The translations under genes and the position numbers were made by a program. The notes beneath the pieces were generated by a model that was given only the letters and a program-made list of their open reading frames with translations, did not search any database and was not told the origin of the DNA. 64,000 nucleotides of DNA from an uncultured Candidatus Saccharibacteria bacterium (GTDB taxonomy: Bacteria; Patescibacteriota; WWE3; UBA101185; UBA10185): assembly GCA_964387275.1 (NCBI GenBank), contig CAYLVW010000002.1:63286-127285 (forward strand), written 5' to 3'. This document shows positions 37,580 through 46,554 of this stretch, piece by piece. Position 1 is the stretch's first letter. Every line of letters begins with the position of its first letter.

Positions 37580-39977
37580 TGACGTAGGATACATTGTTTT
37601 TTGGATAGTACTGTATCTAACACTTCTTTTCACCGTAATATTTAGTATTGTCTATCTCATATCCAGCTGGTGGCAAAAGCAAATGGATAAAAAGTACGGA
37701 TATGATTTTACGTTTCTTCAAGTTAAAATGCCTCCTTTAAATGAAATAGAAATCAAAAGTGCCGAACAATTCTTTGCAAGTCTTTCAGGATTTAGACGTT
37801 CATTTTGGGACTTTTTGCTAAAGGGAGAGTATAGGATCTCTTTTGAAATTGTATCTAAGGTAACTGGTATAGGGTTTTATGTTGTAGTGCCTGACGAAAT
37901 TGTCACTCTGGTAGAAAAACAAATTAATGGTGCGTACCCTGAAGCAGAAATAGATATTGTAGATCCAAATGAAATATGGGATAGAGGGACATATACCTCA
38001 GTGGCAGAACTTAAACTTGCGGGAGCCTCTTACTACCCAATAAAAAACTACGAAGATCTAAAAAGTGATGCTCTTAGCGCAATAACATCTACAATGAGCA
38101 AGTTACAAGATAATGAGGTCTTAGCAGTCCAGTATGTAATACAATCTGCAGGAGAATCATGGAAAAGAGAGGGCGAGAGGTTCGTGTCTGATGTAAAAAA
38201 CAAAGGAGCAAATCCAGAAAAGAAAACCAATATAGATACGTCATTTCTTGAAGGAGTAGAGAAAAAAATTGTTAAACCAGGTTTCTATGTCTCAATAAGA
38301 GTAATATCTATTGCAGACAGTAAAGTTGCGGCAGAGACACACATTAGAAATATTGTGTCCTCATTTGATCAATTTACAGATTTTAAATACAACAAGTTCA
38401 AACGTACTTGGCACTTTTCATCAAAAAAACTTGTAGATAATTTTATACACAGAAGAATATCTAATTTTGAAATAACAATTCCCATATTTGAAGTCAATCT
38501 TTTCAGATCTTCTTCTATTCTAAATATCGCAGAATTAGCAACAATATTTCACTTCCCTAACAAAGAGATTAAAACACCTAATATAATTTGGTTGCACTCA
38601 AGAAAATCTCAAGCACCAACTAATCTACCAGATGAAGGGCTTTATCTGGGTAAAAGTATATTCAGAGGGGTAAATAAAAAAGTTTTCATGGCTCCTAAGG
38701 ATAGAACAAGACACTTCTATATAATAGGCCAAACGGGTACAGGTAAATCCGAGTTTATGAAGTCTTTAGCATTACAAGATATCGCAAATGGTGAAGGACT
38801 AGCTTTTATCGATCCACATGGAAGTGACATAGACGATATCCTGTCTAAGATACCAGATCATAGAAAAGATGACGTAATACTGTTCGATTTATCAGATACA
38901 GAAAGACCCTTAGGGTTGAATCTACTGGAAGCAGAAAACGAAGAACAAAAACATATGATTATAAACGCGTTCATTGCACTTCTCTACAAACTTTATGACC
39001 CAAATCACCAAGGTATTATGGGACCTTTGCTTGAAAGAGCAATTAGAAATGTTATGTTAACAGCAATGGAAGACCCAAATGCAACTATGGTAGATGTAAT
39101 GAGACTTTTAATAGACCCAAAATATGTACAGAAGTTCATCCCCCTAATTAAGGATCCTATGGTTAAAAAATACTGGACCGATGAAGTTGCTAAAACCTCC
39201 GAAAACAGAAAAGGAGAAACAATGGGTTATTTTGTTGCTAAATTTGATAGGTTTGTAACGGACAAAACAATGAGAAATATTTTAGGACAACCAAAGTCGT
39301 CTTTCAGATTCTCGGACATAATGGCTCAGAAAAAAATTCTGCTTGTAGACCTATCAAAAGGTAAAATTGGTGAAGAAAACTCAAACTTCATTGGCTTATT
39401 ACTTGTTCCAAGAATACTAGCAACAGCATTAGCAAGAGCAAAATTCTTAGGAAAAGAGGATTTCCCAGATTTCTTCTTGTATGTAGATGAGTTTCAAAAC
39501 TTCGCAACACCTGATTTTGCAGTTATTCTATCCGAAGCAAGAAAGTACAAACTCAATCTTGTAGTGGCACATCAATTTATCTCACAATTGTCAGATGAAA
39601 TAAAAACAGCTGTCTTTGGTAACGTAGGTACAATGACAGTTTTTAGAATTGGTGTTGATGATGCCGAGTATCTTGAATCTCAATTTGAGCCCACTTTCAC
39701 AAAAACTGACCTAGCTAATAATCCAAACGGAGCAGCTTATGTAAAACTCCTTGTTAATGGGCATCCTACCCCACCTTTTTCAATGTCAGTAGATTGGGAC
39801 ATGATTACAAAAACACAAAAAAGCAGTGAAATGACAAACTACATAAGAGAAATGTCCCGAACAAAGTATGGAACACCTGTAGCAGAAGTTGAAGAGTATA
39901 TTAACAGAAGGGCGGGTCTTTATGATAAAGAAACCACACCAGAAGCACCGGCAAAATTGCCCAAACTTCCTTTCTAA
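37569..39977 (+). CDS. Membrane-anchored VirD4/TraG/TraD-type coupling-protein-like ATPase with a roughly 350-aa N-terminal extension
   Basis: N-terminal TM. Walker A is FYIIGQTGTGKSEF...AFIDPHGSD, which resembles TrwB (GATGTGKS...VDPNGD). The TraG-D_C-like region is FFLYVDEFQNF...KLNLVVAHQFISQL...AVFGNVGT. Confidence 0.55.
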   Translation: MQTNDVGYIVFWIVLYLTLLFTVIFSIVYLISSWWQKQMDKKYGYDFTFLQVKMPPLNEIEIKSAEQFFASLSGFRRSFWDFLLKGEYRISFEIVSKVTGIGFYVVVPDEIVTLVEKQINGAYPEAEIDIVDPNEIWDRGTYTSVAELKLAGASYYPIKNYEDLKSDALSAITSTMSKLQDNEVLAVQYVIQSAGESWKREGERFVSDVKNKGANPEKKTNIDTSFLEGVEKKIVKPGFYVSIRVISIADSKVAAETHIRNIVSSFDQFTDFKYNKFKRTWHFSSKKLVDNFIHRRISNFEITIPIFEVNLFRSSSILNIAELATIFHFPNKEIKTPNIIWLHSRKSQAPTNLPDEGLYLGKSIFRGVNKKVFMAPKDRTRHFYIIGQTGTGKSEFMKSLALQDIANGEGLAFIDPHGSDIDDILSKIPDHRKDDVILFDLSDTERPLGLNLLEAENEEQKHMIINAFIALLYKLYDPNHQGIMGPLLERAIRNVMLTAMEDPNATMVDVMRLLIDPKYVQKFIPLIKDPMVKKYWTDEVAKTSENRKGETMGYFVAKFDRFVTDKTMRNILGQPKSSFRFSDIMAQKKILLVDLSKGKIGEENSNFIGLLLVPRILATALARAKFLGKEDFPDFFLYVDEFQNFATPDFAVILSEARKYKLNLVVAHQFISQLSDEIKTAVFGNVGTMTVFRIGVDDAEYLESQFEPTFTKTDLANNPNGAAYVKLLVNGHPTPPFSMSVDWDMITKTQKSSEMTNYIREMSRTKYGTPVAEVEEYINRRAGLYDKETTPEAPAKLPKLPF

Positions 39978-39980
39978 TAT

Positions 39981-41738
39981 ATGAGTAAAAAAAATAAACT
40001 ATTTGAAGTAACAGAAGGTACAACAAGCGCAGAAGTAAGAGAACGTACTACGTTACTTGAAACGTCTGAAGACGAAATAAAATATGAACCCAACGCTATA
40101 GCAGAAAGAATATTAGAACGCATAGAAAAAATAAAAACAGGCAATACAGCCTTGGACAAAGCACTCCAAGATGCGGCTGATAAATTGGACGCACATGTAC
40201 ACGGACTAAATAGGTATAGCGAAGGAAGTGAAAAAAGTAGAGATGCGTACCATGAGCTTGAGAAGGATAACCCAGAAAAACTCCAAGAGGTATTTGGAAC
40301 CTACAAAACAATGGTAACAGACCACTTACTAATTGTAGAAAAGCTGTTAGATCAAACAGAAACAAATCCCCAGGGAGCCGCACTAGCAGTAGAACTTATA
40401 ACTGCTTCCACTGAAAACAGAAGAGGAAAAGAAGAGGAAACAAGAAAAAGGTTAAGAGAGTTTGGCATAAGCCAAGGGTTACCTCAAGGCGGAGAAGAGC
40501 AAGTAGTCGAACTACTTAATAAAATATCAGACGGTAGAATTGAATCCTTTGCAGACTATCTTGAGACAAGTGGCTTTGATTCTATTACAGTGGAAAACTC
40601 AGCAAACACCCATAGGGAAAACCTAGGAAAAATTATTAGTCTATCGGAGCGATTTGTAGAACCAAAGGATTATGATGATATATTTGCAACAACCACAAAA
40701 GTAAAAACTAAAGTTAAGGTAGAAAAAACATCCACCGAAGCCCACACAGATGAAACACTGAATAATTTAACAGTTGAACAAATACGTGAACGTATTGCAA
40801 AGCAATGGGATACAGAAAACCAAGACGGCAGTAACCTAATAGACACAACAAGTGGACCAAAACTAGCAGAGCGAACATTTCTCGGGGGAGAAAAGCTAAG
40901 GAAACCACGACAGTTTGCACAAGTTTTTGAAAGGTATATCACTACAAAAGATAAGGATGATATAACCAGATACGATAGAGTTGATGTACCTGTAATAACC
41001 TTGTACGCCGAAAGACAATTAAGTGATTTCACCAAATCAGAAAAAATCTACTCAAATAGAAAAGACCCCGTTGTAAGGATCCCTGTTCTTAATTTTGATC
41101 CAAAAGATTTTGATGAAATAGCCTTTATGAATGAGATGTTAAAAATGGCTCGAAATAACCCTGATGGCAGCTTCGATGTATTTGTAGCAAATGATAGTGG
41201 TAAAGCTGAAACATTTAGAGTGAATGCAGAAACGTATAACGCAATGAGGTATGTGGTACAACGATCAGTGGAATCCCATGCAAAAAAGGGCATAACTTAT
41301 AATCCAGAAGAGATACTTAAAAAGGGTTTAAAAAAGCTAGGACCAAATGAAACGACAACTGAAGAAGAAATAGAGATTGAAACAGAAACAATTACTACAG
41401 AAAGTCAAAACCCTAACGAATGGGTAAATCACAAGCGAGCTCTAGCTAGAATGAAAAGTTTAAGGTCTATTGCAGGCAAAAAATTAGATTTTACGGAAGA
41501 AGAAATGGATCAAACCGGAGAGTCTCTTACCAATTTGGAAAGGATATATACTGAATTTACATCACACATAGGAAGAGTGGAATCGTACTACTATATAGCC
41601 CAACAAAGATTAAAAACTCTTAGTGGAGTTTCTAAAGGACATCCTAGATACGAAGAAGGCTTGGAGATCTACTTACAAAACTATGTGTTGGAACTTGGAG
41701 AAATGTCCATAACATTAAAAAATGCTACAACAACTTGA
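39981..41738 (+). CDS. Hypothetical acidic cytoplasmic protein (585 aa)
   Basis: Start is 4 nt after the upstream stop. No recognisable domain. Confidence 0.4.
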   Translation: MSKKNKLFEVTEGTTSAEVRERTTLLETSEDEIKYEPNAIAERILERIEKIKTGNTALDKALQDAADKLDAHVHGLNRYSEGSEKSRDAYHELEKDNPEKLQEVFGTYKTMVTDHLLIVEKLLDQTETNPQGAALAVELITASTENRRGKEEETRKRLREFGISQGLPQGGEEQVVELLNKISDGRIESFADYLETSGFDSITVENSANTHRENLGKIISLSERFVEPKDYDDIFATTTKVKTKVKVEKTSTEAHTDETLNNLTVEQIRERIAKQWDTENQDGSNLIDTTSGPKLAERTFLGGEKLRKPRQFAQVFERYITTKDKDDITRYDRVDVPVITLYAERQLSDFTKSEKIYSNRKDPVVRIPVLNFDPKDFDEIAFMNEMLKMARNNPDGSFDVFVANDSGKAETFRVNAETYNAMRYVVQRSVESHAKKGITYNPEEILKKGLKKLGPNETTTEEEIEIETETITTESQNPNEWVNHKRALARMKSLRSIAGKKLDFTEEEMDQTGESLTNLERIYTEFTSHIGRVESYYYIAQQRLKTLSGVSKGHPRYEEGLEIYLQNYVLELGEMSITLKNATTT

Positions 41739-42280
41739 TGAATCAAATGACGCTTCTAGAATCCTATGAAGACCTACCAGAAGCTGAAAAGAAAGCGATT
41801 AGAAATCAAATAGTAACATTGCTAAGTTCAATAGATGGAATGGTCCTTGAGCAAAATCCAAACTGGAGAGGTGGTCTTAGGGAAATAAACTCTGTGGATG
41901 CAACTAACCCAAACCCAATAGAAACTAAAGACCCTGTATCACCGGCACCTATATCAGAAGACAGAGCCAAAAATACAGAAGACACAGCAACTGTACAAAC
42001 CCCACAATCTGAGACCGAGGCAGATACTATCCCGCTACTACAAGAGGCAGAAGAAACAACTACTATAGTAGAACCTATAGGTCAAGAAGTGGAAAGAGCA
42101 CAACAACCTGTGTTAGAAACAGTAAGCACTATAACAGAAAAAGGGCCAGTAACTGAAAACGAGCAGGAAGCACAAGAAACGACGCCAAAATCACGAAAAA
42201 CTACTAAAAGAAAAGGTAAGAATATCAGAAAAGAAGCAGACAGACAAAGACGGCAGGCGCGACGGGAAGAAGCCTATTAG
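41735..42280 (+). CDS. Hypothetical acidic protein with an Arg/Lys-rich C-terminal tail
   Basis: Overlaps the upstream stop by 4 nt. It ends KSRKTTKRKGKNIRKEADRQRRQARREEAY. Confidence 0.4.
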   Translation: MMNQMTLLESYEDLPEAEKKAIRNQIVTLLSSIDGMVLEQNPNWRGGLREINSVDATNPNPIETKDPVSPAPISEDRAKNTEDTATVQTPQSETEADTIPLLQEAEETTTIVEPIGQEVERAQQPVLETVSTITEKGPVTENEQEAQETTPKSRKTTKRKGKNIRKEADRQRRQARREEAY

Positions 42281-42311
42281 TTGATTAATCCATAATGCTA
42301 TAATCAATTTA

Positions 42312-43502
42312 ATGCTCAATCTACCTTTTTTTAAGACAACTTCCAAAAACAAATTCCTAACAATAGACTTCGGATCAGATAGCGTTAAATGCTTGGCTTT
42401 TTACAATGACGGAGAGATAAATAAAATTATTGGGTTTGGTAAACAACAAGTGGAAAAAGGACATATCCGATCAGGAGCTGTAGTTGATATAGAAGGCGTA
42501 GATCTAGTACTAAAAGAAGCTATTGCTCAAGCAACCCAAAATTCAGGAGAATCTATTGACCAAGCCATTATAGGTCTAAATGGAACATTTATCATCAACC
42601 AATTAGTTACAGCCAGGTTACTTAGAGGTAAAAGTTCTGATATATCAAATAATGAAATGGACGATATATATGAAAGAACGGTTAAATCATCAACAGAACA
42701 AGCTTACAGTGAACTAGTAAAGACCACTGGTAGCAATGATATGGATTTGGAACTCGTAACAGCGGAGAAAGCGTATGTGAGAGTTGATGATAGACCTATC
42801 CACAAAGATACAAAACCTGCAGGAAACAAAGTTGAAATGGCTGTATTCTCATCTTTTGCACCAAGCTATCAAATGAAAAATTTATCAAAGTTATTAAAAC
42901 GCAGTGGTTTAAAAATAATAGGTGTGGTACCGGAAATGTATTCGTTGGTTAAGTCTATCAACCATAAAAAGATTGGATCAAATGATTACCTAATAATAAA
43001 CATTGGTAGCGATAAAACTGAGATTGGCATAGTCTTTGGGGGAAATTTAATTTCCACCAAATCACTTCCTATTGGTGGATATCACTTTACTTATCAAATG
43101 AGTCATGTGTTAGGTTTATCAATAAAAGAAGCTGAAAATTTGAAACGTTCATATTCGCAAGGAAAGCTGCCTAATAGTGAAAGTCTAACAGTTCAAAACT
43201 GTTTTAGTGAAATACTGGAAACCTGGTTAAGTGGTATTGAATTAACTTTTGGAGAATTTACAGGAGTAAAAACTTTCTCATCTAAAATATACTTAACCGG
43301 TGGGGGAATTCATCTTCCTGACATATATGATTACCTAACTAGTGAACCTTGGACCAAATCGATACCATTTAAAGACACGCCAACATTCGAAAAAGTGACA
43401 GCCAAAGATCTACCAGGCATTCAAGATGAAACACAGATGGTAAGTGGGCCTGAGTGGGTAATGCCTGTTTCACTAAGTAATATATTTCATAATCTTGTAT
43501 GA
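42312..43502 (+). CDS. Actin-like ATPase of the FtsA/PilM family
   Basis: Phosphate-1 motif FLTIDFGSDSVKCLAF, and KIYLTGGGIHLPDI near the C-terminus. Confidence 0.5.
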   Translation: MLNLPFFKTTSKNKFLTIDFGSDSVKCLAFYNDGEINKIIGFGKQQVEKGHIRSGAVVDIEGVDLVLKEAIAQATQNSGESIDQAIIGLNGTFIINQLVTARLLRGKSSDISNNEMDDIYERTVKSSTEQAYSELVKTTGSNDMDLELVTAEKAYVRVDDRPIHKDTKPAGNKVEMAVFSSFAPSYQMKNLSKLLKRSGLKIIGVVPEMYSLVKSINHKKIGSNDYLIINIGSDKTEIGIVFGGNLISTKSLPIGGYHFTYQMSHVLGLSIKEAENLKRSYSQGKLPNSESLTVQNCFSEILETWLSGIELTFGEFTGVKTFSSKIYLTGGGIHLPDIYDYLTSEPWTKSIPFKDTPTFEKVTAKDLPGIQDETQMVSGPEWVMPVSLSNIFHNLV

Positions 43503-45016
43503 CTAAAATAGAACTAGAAATTTTTGACGACCTAATAGTTACACTAAACAAAATAAGAGCGGTTAATGATTCTGGGATTGAGCTCCACATACCAGAAGGC
43601 TCTCCTATTTTGGACAACATTGTTTCATTAAAACTTCTAAAAAAAGAGGCAGAAAACATGCAAAAAATCCTGCACTTTGTTACAAAAGATGTAGCAGGTC
43701 TTGAACTTTTATCGCAACTACAAGAAGAACAAACAGATACTTTAGTGGAGCAAGAAGTAGATAAAATATCAGAAGACGGCGCAATAGGAACAATCACAAA
43801 AAAACCTGCGTTTAGATTCCCTACATTAAAACTCCCAAAACTGCACGCAGGACTCCCAATAATTGCATTAATAATTGTAGTTGTTGGGGGAATCTTACTT
43901 GCAGGTGGTTGGTATTTGTATAACTTGCCGAAGGCTGAAGTCACAATTGTGGTAAGCTCAGAATCACTTTCCAAAGGATTACCGGTTAAAGTGAAAGACG
44001 GGGTTTCTACTTCAGCAGAACAAAAAACTCTAAGAGGGTACATATTTAAATCAACCCTAACAGAAACAAAAGAAGCGGATACTACAGGAGAGAAAATTGT
44101 AGGAAAAAGCGCCAAAGGTAAAATAAAGATCTTTAATAAAACTACTGAAGAAAAAACTTTTAAAAAAGGACAAACTGTAACATACGAAGATGACGAAGAA
44201 AACGATTTTACATTTACGACTGATGAAGAAATAACAGTACCTGCAAGAGTAGATAATATTGATGGGACTATTACCTCCGGGGAAAAGGAGGTTTCTGTAA
44301 CCGCATCAAATATAGGTGAGAACTATAATATTAAGTCTGGGAAAACACTTAGCGTTAAGGATCAGAAAAGCGCAGATTTTACCGCAATTTCTGTTGAAAA
44401 CTTCACTGGAGGAAAGAGTGAAAAAGTTAAAGTGGTCGCTCAATCCGATCTAACTAAATTATCAAGCGATGTAACAACCGCATTAAAACAAAAAGCTCTT
44501 GAGGATTTGAAATTCAAATTAGGTCTTACCCAAAAAATAATTGAGGGAACCATACAAACTAAGGTTGTTGAAGAAGCATTCAATCATAAAGTAAACGAAG
44601 AATCTGAAAAAATTATACTTACACAAAATGTCGAAGCCAGCGCCTTGGTATATTCTTCGGTAGATATGGATGAACTGCTAGATAATCTATTGGAGAGCTT
44701 TGTACCAAGTGGGTATGTGCTATCTTCAAAAGATAAGGTTGTTAATATTGAGGTTTTAGGAAACTCAGCAACAACAGTGTTAAAAGAAAACGAAGCTGAC
44801 GTACAACTTACTATTAAAACTTATATAGTCGCTGATATTACAGAGGAAGGCATTAAAGATGCGATAAAGGGAAAGGGGGTAGAAGAGGCTAAAAAAGTGC
44901 TAGACGAAGTTAAAAACGTTAACAGTTACGCTTTAAATCTAAACCCTTCTATCCCACTACTAAGTTTTATACCTAAAGACACCAATAGAATAACAGTTGA
45001 TATCAAAAGGGAGTGA
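43499..45016 (+). CDS. Hypothetical bitopic membrane protein (TM near residue 115, large Lys/Thr-rich ectodomain)
   Basis: Contains LPIIALIIVVVGGILLAGGWYLY. Overlaps the upstream stop by 4 nt. Confidence 0.4.
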   Translation: MTKIELEIFDDLIVTLNKIRAVNDSGIELHIPEGSPILDNIVSLKLLKKEAENMQKILHFVTKDVAGLELLSQLQEEQTDTLVEQEVDKISEDGAIGTITKKPAFRFPTLKLPKLHAGLPIIALIIVVVGGILLAGGWYLYNLPKAEVTIVVSSESLSKGLPVKVKDGVSTSAEQKTLRGYIFKSTLTETKEADTTGEKIVGKSAKGKIKIFNKTTEEKTFKKGQTVTYEDDEENDFTFTTDEEITVPARVDNIDGTITSGEKEVSVTASNIGENYNIKSGKTLSVKDQKSADFTAISVENFTGGKSEKVKVVAQSDLTKLSSDVTTALKQKALEDLKFKLGLTQKIIEGTIQTKVVEEAFNHKVNEESEKIILTQNVEASALVYSSVDMDELLDNLLESFVPSGYVLSSKDKVVNIEVLGNSATTVLKENEADVQLTIKTYIVADITEEGIKDAIKGKGVEEAKKVLDEVKNVNSYALNLNPSIPLLSFIPKDTNRITVDIKRE

Positions 45017-45471
45017 TAATGCCCAAACTAACACAGAAACATCGAGACAGACTCAAAAAAGAGGATAAGGAAATACTACTGGGGATAGACTACGGCAATA
45101 AAAATCTCGGAATTGCGTTCGGCAGAGATGGACTTGTTAAACCACTTAAAGTCCTAAAAGCTGAAGACATGCCCGCCCTACTTCATGAAATCACAAAATT
45201 TATCTTTGAAAATAAGGTAACAAAAATTGTTGTAGGACTACCCCTAACATATGAGGGCAAAGACACTCAAAAATCCAAAGAAATAAGAAACTTTGCTAAA
45301 CAAATTAAAGTATATCTTAAAAAACCTGTTGTTTTTGTAAATGAATACAGAAGTACCGAGGAAATACTTGAAGGTAGCTCTTTTGGAATACCACATAGAG
45401 GTAAGGATCCTGTAGATCACCTATCAGCAGCTGTGATCCTTAGACGGTTTTATGAAGAAGGTATAAAGTAA
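45013..45471 (+). CDS. ruvX: RuvX/YqgF Holliday-junction-resolvase-like pre-16S rRNA nuclease
   Basis: ILLGIDYGNKNLGIAFG...KIVVGLPLTYEGKDT...NEYRSTEE. Confidence 0.8.
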   Translation: MIMPKLTQKHRDRLKKEDKEILLGIDYGNKNLGIAFGRDGLVKPLKVLKAEDMPALLHEITKFIFENKVTKIVVGLPLTYEGKDTQKSKEIRNFAKQIKVYLKKPVVFVNEYRSTEEILEGSSFGIPHRGKDPVDHLSAAVILRRFYEEGIK

Positions 45472-45573
45472 ATAGATCATTATCTCAGTCAAAAAACAAT
45501 TCAGCAAAATCACTTATAACCTTAGCGTATCTCGAAAACAAAAATGATCATCAAGAGAGCATCTTCATTTTTC

Positions 45574-45975
45574 TGGTGGAGATGGCGAGAATCGAACTCG
45601 CGTCTTGAAAACCCAAAAACAAAAAACTACAAGTTTAGCTGTACTTAAGTGTCAGAAAATCATGGAGTACAACAACCTAAAATCTTCCTAAGACCTTCTT
45701 CTGTGAAAGGTGGAATTACATCCTAAAAATCAAAGTGGGTCAAACTCTAATTTCGCATCCGAAAATTATAAAGTTGTGGTCTTACATCTTTCGGAGGAAG
45801 TAAGGCAACTTAACCTAAGCTCTTTGAGCTGTGGTTAGGCTAAAGCACCGGCGTAAGCTGGTACTAAAGCTTCTGATTCAACATCAGCATTTATTTTTTG
45901 CAAATTTTTTGAAGCAGTTTTGCAACTTCTACTTGTTTCTGAGATTGGGAAATCCAATCAAAGCCGATCATCCCC
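45574..45975 (-). ncRNA. ssrA: tmRNA (SsrA)
   Basis: The 5' end GGGGATGATCGGCTTTGATTGGATTTCCC resembles E. coli GGGGCUGAUUCUGGAUUCGACGGGAUUUGCG. The 3' end GCGAGTTCGATTCTCGCCATCTCCACCA has a tRNA-like T-arm and CCA. The internal tag ORF GCT GAT GTT GAA TCA GAA GCT TTA GTA CCA GCT TAC GCC GGT GCT TTA GCC TAA translates to ADVESEALVPAYAGALA*. Confidence 0.85.
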
Positions 45976-46057
45976 TTGTTAAAGTGCCCATAGAACATAT
46001 TTAGTTTACAATGGTGTACCCTAAATAAACCTACAGTAAAATTTATAATACAGAAAA

Positions 46058-46510
46058 CTAATGCCAGATACTTTTTAACTCAACCTTTAGATCCTTGTCC
46101 ATCTGTTTCACCTTTTCTATATCTTTCTTCTCATATTTCTTAAGACCTCTTACTATACCAAGTTCCAATTTTATCAGATTGTGTGACAATATCAACGCAA
46201 GGGGCACCGCAGACTTCCCTTTCTGAGATAGTTCTTTTATTAAGATACTTACTTCTTTGGAAGTCAGTAGAAGTGAGCGTGTTTTTCTACTGTCTGCTTC
46301 ATTATGGGGTTGTGATTGATTTGAGTACCTACCTACGTACATATTCAATATAACAGGCTTCCCTGAAAGTACTTGTACAAAACTGCCATCAAAGTTAACT
46401 TTTCCTTCTCTTATTGCCTTAACCTCATAACCTTTAAGAACGAGTCCTGCTGTTAACGTCTCGAGTATTTCGTAATCGTGGAAAGCTTTTCTATTCTTAG
46501 CTAGTAACAT
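46058..46510 (-). CDS. smpB: SsrA-binding protein SmpB
   Basis: NRKAFHDYEILETLTAGLVLKGYEVKAIREG compares with NRKARHDYEILETYEAGIVL in the SmpB consensus. Confidence 0.9.
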   Translation of the reverse strand: MLLAKNRKAFHDYEILETLTAGLVLKGYEVKAIREGKVNFDGSFVQVLSGKPVILNMYVGRYSNQSQPHNEADSRKTRSLLLTSKEVSILIKELSQKGKSAVPLALILSHNLIKLELGIVRGLKKYEKKDIEKVKQMDKDLKVELKSIWH

Positions 46511-46554
46511 GTGGAGAGTATATCAAAAGACTGCTTACTTAGAAATTCCAGAAA

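Noticed and set aside
42312-43502. Calling the actin-like ATPase FtsA
   Set aside because: No ftsZ or ftsQ is adjacent and the gene sits inside the coupling-protein operon. It is kept as an FtsA/PilM-family protein without a functional assignment.
45574-45640. Interpreting the 3' tRNA-like sequence at 45574-45600 as an independent tRNA-Ala
   Set aside because: Upstream, on the same strand, the sequence continues into a tag-peptide ORF and a GGGGAUGAUCGGCUUUGA 5' acceptor partner 400 nt away, which is diagnostic of tmRNA rather than a tRNA.
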